Source of the DNA: Octopus vulgaris
Lineage: Eukaryota
Assembly: GCA_951406725.2 (NCBI GenBank)
Contig: OX597817.1
Location: forward strand, 97,340,001 to 97,404,000
Direction of reading: 5' to 3'
DNA length: 64,000 bases
This document shows positions 49,530-63,989 of this stretch, one piece after another (position 1 is the stretch's first letter; each line of letters begins with the position of its first letter). The notes beneath the pieces were generated by a model that searched no databases, was not told where the DNA came from, and saw only the letters and a list, made by a program, of their open reading frames with translations. The position numbers were made by a program, and so were the translations under genes.

Positions 49530-51568
49530 GCGATTGTGTGCACAAAAAACATTTACTCCCACGGAACAGAAGAGCACTTAAAAGGAAAATAAAAAGGGTT
49601 AATCGAAAAATCAACCGGTTAAAATATTGCCAGCTGCAATGCCTTCACTTGATCGACATAAGTTTAATGGAGCCAAAGAAACTTTATCTTGAAAACTGCA
49701 TGAAGACTATCATCGATAGTCAAAGAACTGCAGAAGAAAAGTGGCCCATTAAGAAAAGTCAATCCCAAAATATTCTTTGCATTCGCCAGAAAGCATAAAG
49801 GCTGCTGTATCATCTGTTGGACCTCTGATAAATGAAGATGGCACTCTGTATAGTGGTGCAGAAGAGATTGTTGAGATTCTGCAGAAGCAATATTGCTCCA
49901 CTTTCAGTAACGCAACCATGGTTAATCCTGACAGCACCGGTAAAACAAACCCCCAGAACACCCTATCCGATGTACCATTTGACGCCCTGGATATCATAGC
50001 AGCTATTATCAAAATTACAAGCAATTCAGCTGCAGGCCTCAACAGGTTTTCCGCTAGAGTCCTGAAGGAGTGCTGTCATCAACTGGCATTCCCTTTAGCT
50101 ATTCTTTGAAGAAAATTACTTGGCGCTGGCCACATTTCTGAAAATTCCCTATCACAGTTGATTGTCCCAGTTTTCAAAAGGGCAACAAATCGCTGGCGGT
50201 GAATTACCGCCCGAGCTCATCTCTCATAACATCAAACTATTTGAGAGGGTGGTGAGACCTCGAGTACCTCACCTCCTGGAAAGTAACAGCTTACTTATTT
50301 CCAACCAGCATGGTTTCTGCAGCGGTAGGGACTGCCTAACATAGCTCCTGCATCACTTTGATGATATCCTGAAGACTCTAAGTGAGGGCTTCAACGCAAG
50401 GCCTTCGACAAGGTTGCCATCGCATCCTGTTAAAGAAGCTATCGAACACTGGAAACCTAGGGAAAATATTAAAATGGATTGAATGTTTTCTGGTGAACAT
50501 AACCCAGCACGTGGTAATAGATGGCGTTCAACCATACACGGCAAGAGTTATCAGTGTAGTCCCAAAAGGAACTGTCTTCGGCCCACTTCTTTTCATAAAC
50601 ACAGCAACATTAAAATATTTGCAGATGACTAAGCTTCTGAAGGTCCACGACAGAGCAGAATACAGGACTAATCGAATCTGCTCACTGTTACCCGATGGCC
50701 GGAAAATCACAATATGCATCTTAACGAGAATAAATTAGAATTAATCCACTTTGGTAAAGAGGTTGCTCTTAAACTACCATACACTCTTTCCCTCGGGTGA
50801 AAACTTTATCACATTAAGCAGTGCGCGGGACCTCGGAGTAACTGTCGACAACAACTTAAACTGGAGTGCCCATATAAATAACGAAGTCGACATGGCCCGA
50901 AAGGTGTGCTCCTGGATCCTCAGGACGTTTCGGTCTTGAGACACTCCAACCATTATCCTTCTGTTCTTCACTTTCGCCCGTCCTCACCCTGAATATTGCT
51001 ATCCGCTGTGGTCTCCCTACCTGAGACAGAATGTTATAAAATTTTAAGTGCTCTAGAGATCGATCACAAAGAAAATAGACGGTATGACAAGTTTTGATTA
51101 CTGGTATCGTCTCGCGAAACTCAGTCTTTATTCTCTCCAACGTCGCCGTGAGCGCTATATCATTTGCATGATGTGGAAAATATTTCAAGGCAATACCCAA
51201 ATGATGTTGGTATTCACTTGGTCCCCGTCCTAGCCGTCCTCTACAAAAGTCATGTTCGCATCACATCACATCACTCAGACAAATCTACTTCAACTCAACT
51301 GGCCTGCTCTCTTTAACATCATACCAAGATACATAAGAGAAGAAAAAGATCCCCTAATATTTAAACGGTGCCTAGACGAATATCTCCAACGAATTCCAAA
51401 TAAACTACCTACCACTGGATAAATCTTTGCAAATAACTCTACTCTAATGAGCTATGGTGTCCAAAGAATGACTCATATGAAACACCTTTAAATGTCATTT
51501 CCAGGTACTGCTATTAAGTTAGACATAGCCTGGACCAGTGCTAACCGAAACTTATCTAAGTATTTAAG
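49530..51568 (+). mobile_element. CR1-clade LINE, 5'-truncated and decayed, antisense in intron 1
   Basis: SVGPL..EILQKQYCSTF, VLKEC..LAFPL, NQHGF, AFDKV, VPKGTVFGPLLF, FADD, RDLGVTVD, LYSLQRRRER; tail CTAAGTATTTAAG. Confidence 0.85.
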
Positions 51569-52090
51569 CATATTATAAATTCTTAAAGAATAACATCGAG
51601 CAACATAATTCTTTAGAAATGGCTAGACATTTGAATTTCCACTCTTCCAATAAATAACTACTTGACCTTTAAACACTATCTATAAATTTATGCTCCACTA
51701 AGTCACCTATTTAACAATAATTATATTTGCATGGAAAAGCTAAACAATACCTTAACACATTAATACTATTTATACCTCTTGCTACTACCTCAGTTACTAT
51801 CATCAATATAAATAATATTATATATTCTCATATGTGTATATCTACTGTTAACATAGCTCGTGCTGGTGGCACACAGCGTTAAGGGGTTTCCCCAAAAGTT
51901 AGTGTTATTTTTGAAAGTCATTGTTTAAAAGTGCTGTTATTGTTAAATATTGTTGAAAATATTATACATACATACATACATACGTAATCAAATAAAAAAA
52001 ACAATTAATAAAGAGAAAAAGGAAAAAAACGATCGTGAGGACGTGCGCAAGTAATATATTAATTTGACGCTCAGTGAAAGGAAAGAGTTG

Positions 52091-52122
52091 TTAATGTTTC
52101 GAGCATAGCTCTTCGTCGGAAA
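52091..52122 (-). ncRNA. Minimal HHR-like motif (CCGACGA core), intronic
   Basis: Minus strand CCGACGA-A-GAGC-tat-GCTC-GAAACATT; same family as 41899. Confidence 0.45.
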
Positions 52123-52836
52123 GAAAAATAAGAAAAAATCGCTAACAAACCACGTACGGTTACATTTCTGAAATGACCGGAAGTGGAAGGATAAAAAGCA
52201 AGTAGTTTCTGGGACAGGAATGTGTGAAGATGGTAGGTATGTGTGTGTGTCACATTTAAAGTTATTGATCTCGATGGTCATTATTTCTCCGTTTTAGTTT
52301 TCTTCGAAATGTTTGGCTGTATTAAGTATATTTTTTCACTGTAGTTTCCTATCAATTACAATCACTTATCAACTTTCTATATAGATATTGCATTTTTCAG
52401 ATCATATTGTATCTTAACTTCGGTTCGTTAGAGTGCCTTTTCCTAAACAGTTTTTCAAAGATCAGACGCTTTAGGATTTAATCATCTCCCGTACCAACTG
52501 TATATTCTCGCCACCCCTGTTTGTGACATTCTATGCTTAGAGCATTTACAAATTCTAAGGCCTCGAAATAGTTTACACAGTATTTCCAAAATATACACTG
52601 TGAAAGACACATTTGTTGGAAAAGTCCCCAACAGTGATGGTCCTTTAATGTGTCCTAAAGGGACTGAATTTACATAAACCATATACTCAACAACAATATT
52701 TTGATCTCTTATTGGTCAGTAAATAGTAATGCTTGAATATACACTACACTATATGTGTGCGCGTGTGCGCGTGTGCATGCGTGTATCCATATATGTATAT
52801 ATATATATATGTATTTATATGTGTGTGTGTGTGTAT

Positions 52837-52878
<42 letters not shown>

Positions 52879-53379
52879 GTATGTATGTATGGATGTGTCC
52901 TGTCGCTTTTCATGATGAGTAAAGAAAGAAATTCTTCTTTGATCTTGATATATTTAACCGAAATAATATTTCTCCTTGTTATTGATAACACATTATCCCA
53001 TCTATGTGGCAAATTGCTGATCCTCCGAACGTGAAATTCTTCAACTTTCGAAACAAAGACAAACTTGATATCATTTAACCTCTTCGCAATAAATAAATTG
53101 TTTTCCCTAAAAATAATATTACTATGATCTGAAAAGATGATAGATAGATGGAGCAAGGTCAGTGGTGTAGGGAGGATAAGGCAAAACTTCCAAAGCTATA
53201 ACCAAAATTTTTTCCTGGATGACTTAGATAATATGACTGAACAATGATTGGAACTTTTTCTGTAAATTTTTGCGCAATGCTTTCAGTTGACAATATTTCT
53301 CCTCATTAATTGTTTTGTTTTTGGTTTAATACTTCATGAAAGACGACAAACTTTATATCCCACTAAATGTAGAGCATAA

Positions 53380-53830
53380 CTTTTTCGGGTGCAGTCCTAG
53401 TTTGAGGGTGGTCTCTCCTTTTACAATAGATGTTAACTCTTATCGTTTTCATTTAATTTGATAATGGCGAATCCACTTTTCATCACTTCTGATGGTTCTA
53501 CTGGAAGCCAGTCTATACTTCAATAACAAGTAGAAAGCAACTATTTGATTAAGCTGAGGAGCAGTCAGATGGTGAGGGATCCACTGACAAAGTGTAGATG
53601 CTTTTCTTTGTTCATGAAAGTGTTTTGTGATCAACTGTGACTTGAATTGAAGTGGGTTCGCTAATTCTCGTGCAGTTTGCTTTGGATTTTCCTCCACTAC
53701 GGTTTCAGAAGCTCAATATTGACAGAACTCGGTCGTCCAGATCGAGGGGAGTTTACTGGAAAAAAAATTTCTCGAAAAAAGCTGGCCAAACCCTCGTTGA
53801 CATGTTTGGACGCGGCAAGAAATATTAGCT
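53380..53830 (-). mobile_element. Mariner fragment
   Basis: RSGRP, NPKQTARELA, QWIPHHLT, SDEKWI. Confidence 0.7.
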
Positions 53831-53963
53831 CTATCTAAGGAAATGAAGCTTTAGTATTTCTTACTGTACTCTATGTAAACCATTGCTTACTTTACGATGT
53901 GCATCTAAAAAGTACCCCCAAAAGTGATCATGTCAAAAATGCAACAGAAAATTTTATCCAACC

Positions 53964-54070
<107 letters not shown>

Positions 54071-54079
54071 CGCGCGCGC

Positions 54080-54270
54080 GTGTATCTGTGTTTGTCTCCC
54101 AAACATCGCTTGACAACTGATGCTGGTGTGTTTATGTTCGGCAAAAGAGACCGATAGAATAAGTACTAGACTTACAAACAATAAGTACTGGGGTCGATTT
54201 GCTCGACTAAAGGCGGTACTCCAGCATAGCCGTAGTCAAATGACTGAAACAAGTAAATGAATAAAAGAAT
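54080..54270 (+). mobile_element. SINE family A 3' half
   Basis: TTTGTCTCCCAAACATCGCTTGAC...GACTGAAACAAGTAAA. Confidence 0.8.
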
Positions 54271-54291
54271 ATATATATATATATATATATA

Positions 54292-55529
54292 TTGAGTTGG
54301 CAACTAAGTTCCCGCCGTTTTTTTTAAATTTTGGAATCTATAATTTTCGAGAATTCTATTTTTGATCATTTTGGAATTTATTTTCTTTTTCTTTTTCTAG
54401 TTAATTTTAGTTGATTTTCGTTTATTTTCAGATCATTAAAATGAAATGGCAAGTTAAGAAAAACGAGCATTTTCGACACCTCCTTCCTTTTGCTTTTAAT
54501 CAAGGTTCTAAGGCCGCAAAAGCTGCTCGCGATATTTGTGCTGTGTATGGAGAGGGAGCCATAGCTGAAGGAACCACTCCTGATTGGTATGCCAAGTTAA
54601 AAATGGAAATTTTGACCTCAAAGACGCACCTCGTTCTGGCCTTACAGTTGAGTTCGATGAAGAGCAATCAAACCAACTTTTGCACAAAAATTCTCGTCAA
54701 ACGATAAGTGAACTGGCAGAGAAATGGAATGCTTCCACACTGCTATAGAGAAGCATCTTCACTCGATGAGGAAGATTCAGAAGTATGGAGCATGGGTTCC
54801 GCATGCTTTTAGTAGCAACAACCAAAATCAACGAGCCACAATCTCCGCTGGTTTGCTTGCTCGTCACTGCAACGATTTATTTACTGAATCGTTACTGGCG
54901 ACGAAAAATGGTGCCTGTTCATCAATATGAAGTCTCGGTAAACAAGCGACACCGCGCGTAAAACAAGATCTTCATCCGCGTAAAACGATGTTGTGCATAT
55001 GGTGGGACTGGGAAGGGATTATCCATAATGAATTGCTTGAACGGAACCAAACGGTCAACGCGGAACTCTATGTTCAACAGATGGAACGACTCAACACGGC
55101 AATTCAAGAGAAAAGACCTAATCGGCAGCATGGAGTTCTTCTGCTGCACGACAACGCCCGCCTTCATATCGCCAATATGACCAAGGAAGCCATTCAAACG
55201 CATGGCTGGGAAATGCTGCCACACCCGCCGTACTCTCCTGATTTGGCATGAACGGATTTCCATCTCTCTCGATCTCTTTCAAATGCTATGCACGCAGTTT
55301 CGTTCAATACTGATGCAGAATTGAGAACTTGGTTGGATCAATTTTTCGAGTCGAAATCGGGTGATTTCTACCAGCGAGGTATTGAAAATACCTGTCTGTC
55401 CTTGAACGTTAGGAAGAAGTTGTAAACAACAAGGGTGAATGCATTATTGATTAATTAGTTGTTATTTTTTATTAAACCTTTTAAAAAATTTAAATTTAAA
55501 AAAACGGCGAGAACTTAGTTGCCAACCTA

Positions 55530-55530
<1 letters not shown>
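54292..55530 (+). mobile_element. Full-length defective mariner (same family as 19469), intronic
   Basis: Both TIRs (..GTTGGCAACTAAGTTC.CGCCGTTTT), TA flanks; WVPH, LLHDNA, HPPYSPDLA; stops and frameshifts. Confidence 0.93.
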
Positions 55531-55588
<58 letters not shown>

Positions 55589-55940
55589 GCTTCGGTCTAC
55601 CAAATCTGCTCACAAATCTTTTGTTGGCCCGCGACTATAGTAGAAGACAACCACCCAAGGTGCCACGAGGTGTGACTAAGCCCAGAACCATGCGCCCCCC
55701 ACCCACACACACACATCAAATATTATGTATGTTCACATACACTCAAACATACTCATACGCATAGGTGCATACATACGTACGTATATTTTGATGCTAAGTA
55801 TCAGATATAACACCATTAAGTAGTATTTTCTTTAATTAGAACATGCTGGTAGGATTAGACTGTGATGATCAATCGTTGATAAATTAAACAGAACTAGTGG
55901 AAAAATAAGTAGACATTGTATAACAATATAATTTACTCAC

Positions 55941-55998
55941 GGTTATAGCTGTTCACATATGAAATACCTACTATTACTAGTAGCAATTGGTACAGCAT
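55941..55998 (-). CDS. Coding exon 1 of secreted multi-pacifastin/VWC-like protein: signal peptide MLYQLLLVIVGISYVNSYN
   Basis: ATG (55998-55996) in perfect Kozak context GCCACCATGC; hydrophobic N-terminus; ends at phase-1 donor C|GTGAGT (55940-55935), matching the phase of the acceptor of the large exon (C+AT = His). Confidence 0.8.
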
Positions 55999-56086
55999 GG
56001 TGGCCAGTTTCTTGCAGCCTCTTGGAGATTGGTAAGAATTGTCTTCCGAAGCAAGGACGGGTTTGACAAACGTCTGAAACGAACGA

Positions 56087-56094
56087 TTTATATA
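56087..56094 (-). promoter_or_regulatory. Candidate TATA box (TATATAAA) of the Cys-rich gene
   Basis: Consensus TATAWAAR about 90 bp upstream of the Kozak ATG. Alternatively, TTTCAG at 56079-56074 is an acceptor for an upstream non-coding exon. Confidence 0.45.
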
Positions 56095-56624
56095 GTCCCC
56101 AATAAACGTGATCAACTGCATACATTGAGGAAATTCATTAGTTAAATAAATTTCGTATTCAGAAAGAACAAAAATAAATTATTCATAAATCGATAATTTT
56201 TTTTTTGTCTTAAAGGTATATTCCTAAAAATAAACTGTTCACAAATGAGTTGTGGGTTTTTATCTGTTATAAAAACAATAGTATCAGAGCTGTTTCACAA
56301 GACTCTTTAATAATTTAATTAATTCACATCACGTGTCAGTTAATGTGTTTATAAATAGCAATGCTATTAGTAACTTATTCATTGATACTGAGAATACAAA
56401 TGACTTCAATCAGGTTTTTATTTAAACGCTGAGAATATATTCTTTTCTAAAGTCTCCTGGTCATTAAATGTTCACACTTAATGATATGAAAATAATTTAG
56501 CTTAGGTTCACGTGTTTTACCAGGTTTTCTCGTATGACGAAAGTTTTTTTGTCTTTCTTTTTATTGCTTTGTTCACATGACACATTTACACATTTACTAA
56601 AATCTATTGCATACTGTCTTTACT

Positions 56625-57520
56625 ACAGAACCGTGCACAAAAGTCTTCAGCCACTTTAAACTATCGTAAATTTCTACTAATTGCCAACTTATAAGCGGAT
56701 GTTTCGCATTGCGTTTTTTACAGATGAAATATTGGCCCTGTTGAAGTCATTTTCATACCTAATCATTATATTCTTTAGTAGGGGTTCTGAAAGAGACGAC
56801 CGCCAAAAATAGCCGCGCAAAAGTTTTCGGCCACGTCACATAAACCAATCAAGATATAGTATTTTAAAACAGAAAATGTGTATAATGAAAATTTATTACA
56901 TAATGTTCATTTCAAGAAGTTACTGTACATAGTTAAAATTTCATGTGGATTCCCTTAGCTTGAATAATTGCTTCGATATACCTGGGAAGATATGCGTACA
57001 AACAAATCCTTTACCATCTTCACATGTATGAGATGCCATTCTCTGTGACTGAACTCCCACAACTCTTCAAGATTGTGTGGATTCTTCTGACGAACTCTTC
57101 TCTTTATTCTGTCCACATTTGCCCGATGATATTTAAGTCAGGGCTCTGAGCTGGCCAATTTTTCGATACGGTAACATCTTCATCAGCCAACCTCTGTTGT
57201 GTTGCACGCGATCTGTGGCATGCAGAAAAATCTCACCTTCATCTAAGTCTGGTATCAAATTGTTCTTCAGCAACTGGATGTATTTGGCACTATTCAAGTT
57301 ACCGCCAGTTTTAACCAGCTTTCTTGAACCATCACTTTTTATGTATCCCCAAAGCATTAAACTCTTACTCTCAAACTTCACTGTTATCGTAGTGTAGCGT
57401 GGGTCGTTTCGCTTTCTAATAAGCGAGAATTTGTGAGAAGGCTTCATAACAGCATTTTTCTCGAGGTAAAACAATAGTCACAAAAAGTAATATTTAACAT
57501 ATGGCTTTGCCACTTAACTT
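56625..57520 (-). mobile_element. Tc1-like transposon remnant upstream of the gene
   Basis: TVKF..LMLWGYI..G..NSAKYIQLLKNNL, WPAQSPDLNI; terminus TA|CAGAACCGTGCACAAAAGT. Confidence 0.75.
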
Positions 57521-57638
57521 TTCTAACCTCTTGTATACGGTAGAGTTGAAGTGAGAAAACAAACCCCACCTCCAAAGAATATCGATTGTTCTCTGCAATA
57601 TATCTATTCTTCTCACTAGTACCGTATAATTAGAAATA

Positions 57639-58340
57639 TGTAGTAGATCTTGCAAGCATAGCCAAATTTAAATTAACACTACAACAGAACTTTTCCCACG
57701 GTGGAATAATGTTTCTTCTCTGACAGCAGTTTTACATTTTCCAGATGCCTTTAGCTAGGCCGAAATAATGTCTTCACCACTTGACCCTTTCTAACCTCTT
57801 CTACTTCACCAAAAGCTAGAATAGAGATAACAAGGCCACCAACTAAATCTATTGTTCTCAATGATATATCTATCCTTCTGGACAGTTATAAAAGCAAGAC
57901 CACCCCAAGCAAAAATCAGTTGGTGATGACTCAACGAGTCCAGTCACTTTGGTGACAATGAAATCTGGCTGACCAGCTAGAACCTTGGTCAGAGGAAGAA
58001 ATGAAGTTCACTGTCAGCAACTGTGAGACAACACCCTACAACTCTCACTAGCTCTAATTCTGTTCCCTTACAACATCATTCTATCTCTCTCCGCAATTAC
58101 TACAAAACAATGAAGAGAACACAAACACAAACTTTACTTCGCATGGTTTTGGATTTATTATAACCTGCCCGTTGAGGCAAGGTATTGTAACGTAACGGTA
58201 AATAAATATTTCCATAAAATTTCATGCATTTTTTCATCTTTCACATCCTACAACATGCCGTTATAACAAATTTTTATCGTCACAACTGCTGACTCTGACA
58301 TTTCATATTATTGTATACCTAATCAATCTTACCCGTTACA
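57639..58340 (+). mobile_element. Solo LTR of the 5653-8875 family, embedded in a related LTR (~57550-58754 followed by TGGTGACC)
   Basis: TGTAGT...CCGTTACA; long blocks match 8116-8875. Confidence 0.8.
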
Positions 58341-58849
58341 ATTGATAACTGCACTAATTAAAACCTAACCGTTACAAAAACAAGAACTCCGTAAACCAAA
58401 GTCAGTCAGTGAGAACTGACTTGGCTGACCGGCTGAACGAAAAGGCACAAATGGACAACTATGGTAACTCACCAATGAAGCAGTTGTTTCTCTCTTTTTC
58501 ACAAGCTCATTTCTCTTCTCTACAACATTACCATATCTCTATCTGTGGTTCACTACTACACAACGACGAGAACACAAACAAACAAACGCATGCTTTTCCA
58601 GTCGTGGTTGGCTATAACAATATGTAACGGTAATAAATATTTGTTTATAACTTCGATCACTGTTTTTCTTTAGTCTTGCACATCTACAACATCAACATCC
58701 GTTGCAACTGGTAATTGCCGACCACTAGCAATTATCATAATACTTACCGTTACATCTGGTGACCACTGACTCCACCTAACATGCCGTTAACAGCAAATAT
58801 GACTTCATTATCACTGTGATACTGGTTCCCAGCTAATGTTTTTTTTCAT

Positions 58850-59560
58850 GTTAGGGAACAGATGATAGATGGGGGCAAATCAGGAGAAATTGGAGGCTGA
58901 ACAACCAATTCAAAGCTTCAGTCATGTACAGCAACCATTAAAACCCAGGACTTGTGTGCTGGAACATTGTCCTAATGAAGAAAGACCCCTTCCGTCAATT
59001 TTCCTGTGCGTTTGTTCTTGCAAGTTGAGAATGTACTCTGCATTGATAGTGTGGCTCATTTGAAGATAGTCGACGCACACAATGCCTTCTGCATCCCCCA
59101 AAACTGAGGCCATCACCTTCCCTGAAGATGAAACAACATTGGTCGTCTTTGGAGTAGGTTAAGAGGGGTGCTTCCACTGCAGGGATTGTCTCTGGCTCAA
59201 AGTCAAGAACCTAACACCCATCCTGGTTAAGGGAACGCTCAAGGAAACCAGTTGGATCTGCCTCAAACAATGTTAGATTTTCCCGTGATGTGATCAGCTT
59301 GGCGCGCTTTTGATCAGGTGTCAGAAGACGTAAGCACCCACCGAGCAGAAACCTTTGTCATGCTAAGTAAGTTGTACAGAATATTCTCAACTCTCTCACG
59401 GGGTATACTAATAGCATTGGTTATTTGATTAATAGACAACCACCTGTCATCCATCAGTATATGCGAAACAAGGTGAATGTTTTCCTTGGTGGGGGCAGTT
59501 GCAGGATGTCCAGACCTTGGGTTATCTTCAAAACTCTCCTTTCCCCTCCTAAAGTCACCT
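58850..59560 (-). mobile_element. Old mariner remnant
   Basis: MASVLGDAEGIVCVDYL..TINAEY. Confidence 0.6.
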
Positions 59561-59651
59561 ATGGTAACATTATCAAAAAATACACCAGAAAAATACTGTA
59601 GAAGTATAGCGTAAATTTTTCAAAATAAACTAGAACAAATAAAAATGCAGG

Positions 59652-59888
59652 TACCTATTTCTTTACTACACACAAGGGGCTAAACACAGAGAAGACAAAC
59701 AAGAACAGACAAACGGATTAAGTCGATTATATCGACTCCAGTGCGTAACTGGTACTTATTTAATCGACCCCGAAAGGATGAAAGGCAAAGTCGACCTCGG
59801 CGGAATTTGAACTCAGAACGTAGCGGCAGAAGAAATACGGCTACGCATTTCGCCCGACGTGCTAACGTTTCTACCAGCTCGCCGCCTT
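59652..59888 (-). mobile_element. SINE family B
   Basis: Reverse complement of the 9521-9740 family. Confidence 0.88.
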
Positions 59889-59929
59889 ACAAACAAAAAT
59901 GCAGGTACCATCACCATTTTTGATTTAGA

Positions 59930-60462
59930 AAGGACCAATCTCGTTCAGGGCGACCGTCGACCTCCCGAACGAACGAAAACATCATGAAAATTCATGAACT
60001 GATCTTGGAGGACTGGCACTGAACAATTGACGAACTTGTTGATATGACTGGTATGTCCTGGAGTTCCTGCCAACGAATTTGAACGAAAAATTGCGAATGA
60101 AAAGATCTGCAGCAAAGTTTGTGCCTCGTCTGCTCACAGAAGATCAAAAGCAATCACGACTGGATACGTCTCGTGAACTGAATGAAGAGTTGGGAGTTGA
60201 TCTGGATCTTTTTCGAATGTTATTACTGCTGACGAAAGCGGGTGATACGGACTTTGCAGATGTGGAAGAGATGAAAACGGAGGCATCAAAAGGCGTTACT
60301 TCGCAAGAGTTTTAGCACTGCTTCGAACCGTGAAAAACGCGTCTGGACCGATCGATGATCTGCTTCAAATGGAGAATACTTTGAAGGCGATAAAATTGTA
60401 AACATGTAAAACTAAGTGAATAATATATTGCAAGATTGCAGTTTCTTTTGGGTACACCCTCG
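59930..60462 (+). mobile_element. Internally deleted mariner remnant
   Basis: RSGRP, AKFVPRLLTEDQK; terminus TTTTGGGTACACCCTCG|TA. Confidence 0.75.
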
Positions 60463-62450
60463 TATAACGCATAAAGTGTGTTTTTTAAATCAAATACAGT
60501 GACGTAGCTAATAGAGGTGAGACCGCAACCCGCCCCAAGCACATTTTTCTAAATTCGCACCTTTTCAACAATTCTTTTTAACTCTTTAGTTCACTTGTGC
60601 GATAAAAGTCGAATCTCTTTTTCTTTCTTTCTTTCTTTCTTTCTTTCCTTGGAAGAACTTTCCGGAGTCATTACTTTATTTGACCAACCTCCCGTGATAT
60701 CTTTTCTGCTTGGCTGCCACTTTTCAGTTTATTCAATTGTTTTTCCAACTGATTTATTTTTTTGGTGTATTGGTGTAGTTTTGTAAGGTAATCATTGATA
60801 TAGAATTCACTTTCGCCATAAATGAATAAATAAAGAGTTAATAGCTTTTAAAGTTTGCAAATTTTGGGTAATTTTAACCAATCGAAAGCCACATATATTT
60901 AGGTGCCTGTTTCCATAGTACCAAGCCAAGCTGTTACCAAGCTGCTTACTCACGCAATCATTTTTTAGCTTATTAAATGGTGGTCATGAAAAATGCTAAA
61001 AGAAATGGTTAAATAGGCCTTAAATCACGCACTAATGTTATTTTTCTTGCATAATCATATGAATTCCCTCAAAAACTTTCTGCAAATTCCAAGAAATAAA
61101 AGTTATGAGGGGTTCTATGGCGTGCGTAAAGCAGAATTCCGCCAGCATTCCATGTGTTTACAGTTCACAACACGAGCTGTCACGCACAAAATGGCAGCTT
61201 CCAAATGCTGTTTCCTGACTGGGTAAAAATGATCAGACTTTGAGCCTCTATTCTTTCTTTAAAAAATTTTCTGCAAAACGTTAAATATCCCCCGAGATTC
61301 AGCGTGAAAAATTACATCAATACACCAAATTTTAACATGTTTTCTAAACTTTGAAATTTCCACAGGTGCAGCCAAACATAAAAGATCCTTCCCCGTGTTT
61401 TTAAACCGTCTGCTCAATTTCCTGTGGTGTATTGGTGGCCGCTGACATCTGAAAAATCAAAACAAACCCTGACATCATTATCTCTCGACGCTGGACGACC
61501 CCGTCGAGTTTAATCTTTTTCAAATCACCTATATCAGTAGTTTGTTACTGAAACATGAAATTAATGATTCTAGAATACAATTACAAACAACTGATGAAAT
61601 ATTTCGCGCAATATAAAAAATGAGTTAAACATTCTTTGGTTCGAGTCGCAGCACTTTTTACGTGCTCACTCCCCCTAACTTACACTACTGATCAAGTGCA
61701 TACCAGATGTAGAACAGATGAACCCATAATCAAAAATATCATACAAGAAAACGCAAAAGGCGTCACACCAAACCGTAAACAGACATTAACAATAAATTAC
61801 AAAATCTCTAAAACAGAAAACATAATTATAAACAGGCTATGTAAACCCCCAAAACAAGCTACAAATGATCCACGTGATTCATAAATTTGACTGTAAAAGT
61901 AAAAATTTCAAACTTCGTGGTATTGTGACAAACAAAACACTCTCTCACTGGCTTGCCATAATTTTACGACAGTAAACGATTGGAACACAAGACATTACGC
62001 ACCATAAACAAAATTAGATATAAAAAAAAAAACATTAAATACATAAACTAAATTAATAGAAAACATTAATAGTAAATACAAACAGGATTAACACGTTACT
62101 AAATTGTGGGCCTGAAAACTCGCAACGCTAACGGTTGGATTCTTAATTAAACCTGCAGTAATAAAAGTAACCACTGGGAAAAAGACACAATAGAAACCAA
62201 CAGCTCTGCCTATCCTGATAATGAGAATAAGAAACTCCGGAAACATCGATGATAAGGAAGTTACGAACATCATTCTTCGTAACAAACTACAAGTTTCTCA
62301 TGTGAATAAATGAATGAATGAATGAATGAATAAATAAATAGAAAGATTAAACTGGAATAAAGTTGTGCTTTCAATATGAATAGATATGCGTACATAGGCA
62401 CACACATGCACACATACATACATGCATATCTATCTATTCATCTGTATATA

Positions 62451-62510
<60 letters not shown>

Positions 62511-62515
<5 letters not shown>

Positions 62516-62744
62516 ATTTCTTTATTACACACATGAGGCTAAACACAGAGCGGACAAACAAGGACAGACATAAGTATTAAGTCGATTACATCGACCCCAG
62601 TGCGTAACTGGTACTTAATTTATCGACCCCGAAAGGATGAAAGGCAAAGTCGACCTCGGCGGAATTTGAACTCAGAACGTAACGCAGACGAAATACCGCT
62701 AAGCATTTCGCCCGGTGTGCTAACGTTTCTGCCAGCTCGCCGCC
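62511..62744 (-). mobile_element. SINE family B between (TA)n tracts
   Basis: Reverse complement of the family consensus. Confidence 0.88.
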
Positions 62745-63163
62745 TTTATATATATATATATATATATACCGTTTCCCCACACACCATCATTCTCACATCC
62801 ATACACCATCATCCACATACCCACACATTACAGACGCACACACACGCACCGATCCACACGTCAAAGTCACAAGCCCCTATCCACACACACATTCTTACAT
62901 GCACATACACGCGCGCATACCTTCGTTTTGGGATCACCAATACTTTATTATCTCCCCTTCTTTCTACCTGTCAAATCTTTTTTCCCCAACCAGTCGCCAT
63001 ATGCTTGATCGCTAAATCCACAAGTTTTTTATTCTCTGTTTATTTTCCTCTTATTCCTTTCTATTGAAGAGCGTAGGCTCGAAACGTAAAGCACTTTCTC
63101 ACTTTCCTGGGCGTCAACACCAGCTTGTTGTTCATACACCTGTCTTCGTCTTTTGTTTTTCAG

Positions 63164-63307
<144 letters not shown>

Positions 63308-63442
63308 TTATCAATTCGTTTTGCAAGATTCCTAATGTGAAATCCCATGTTGAAACAGATATTGTTGTATTTCGAGATTGATTGATTGATTGATTGATTC
63401 TAGTTTCAGCTCACAAGCTGTGGCATGCTGGGGCCACACGCC

Positions 63443-63624
63443 CTATATATATTTTTTCACTCGTTTATTACTGCTCTTATTTTATTATTTTAACTCATGT
63501 CCATTGTCCAGAAAATGTTTGTCACACATCTTCAGCGACACTTTTCGTTCTTGCTCCACTTACTCTGTTCTCAACATCTAAGATGTGTATCCTTATGTGC
63601 GCATGCGTTTGTGTCCTTGTGTGT

Positions 63625-63681
<57 letters not shown>

Positions 63682-63918
63682 CTTGAGTGTGTGTGTGCGT
63701 GTGTGTGAGTGTGTGTGTGTGTGCACAAGCAAGGAAACAAACGCATGCGCACATAGAGATACACATCTTAGAAGAACAGAATGAAGTGGCGCAAGAACAC
63801 GCACGAAACCGAAAAGTGTCGCTTAAGAGGTCACAGATGTGTGACGAAATGAACATGAACATGATTTAAAATAATAAAAGAAGAACAGTAATAAACGAGT
63901 GTAGAAAATAATATATAG
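63443..63918. repeat. Imperfect inverted repeat (~180-bp arms) around a (TG)n tract
   Basis: CACTCGTTTATTACTG / CAGTAATAAACGAGTG; TATGTGCGCATGCGTTTG / CAAACGCATGCGCACATA. Confidence 0.8.
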
Positions 63919-63948
63919 TATTTGGCAAAAAATATACCATCCCGAAAT

Positions 63949-63989
<41 letters not shown>

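Noticed and set aside
54080-55700. Inverted intronic SINE pair as an editing substrate
   Set aside because: The fragments are different halves of the SINE (3' part on +, 5' part on -) and are not complementary.
55943-56125. Alternative frame DVCQTRPCFG...CEQL* as a coding exon
   Set aside because: Stops before the donor; the other frame has the Kozak ATG, signal peptide and correct phase.
61640-61900. Possible Penelope remnant (DEPIIKNIIQEN...INYKISKT)
   Set aside because: Too degraded to support a call by eye.
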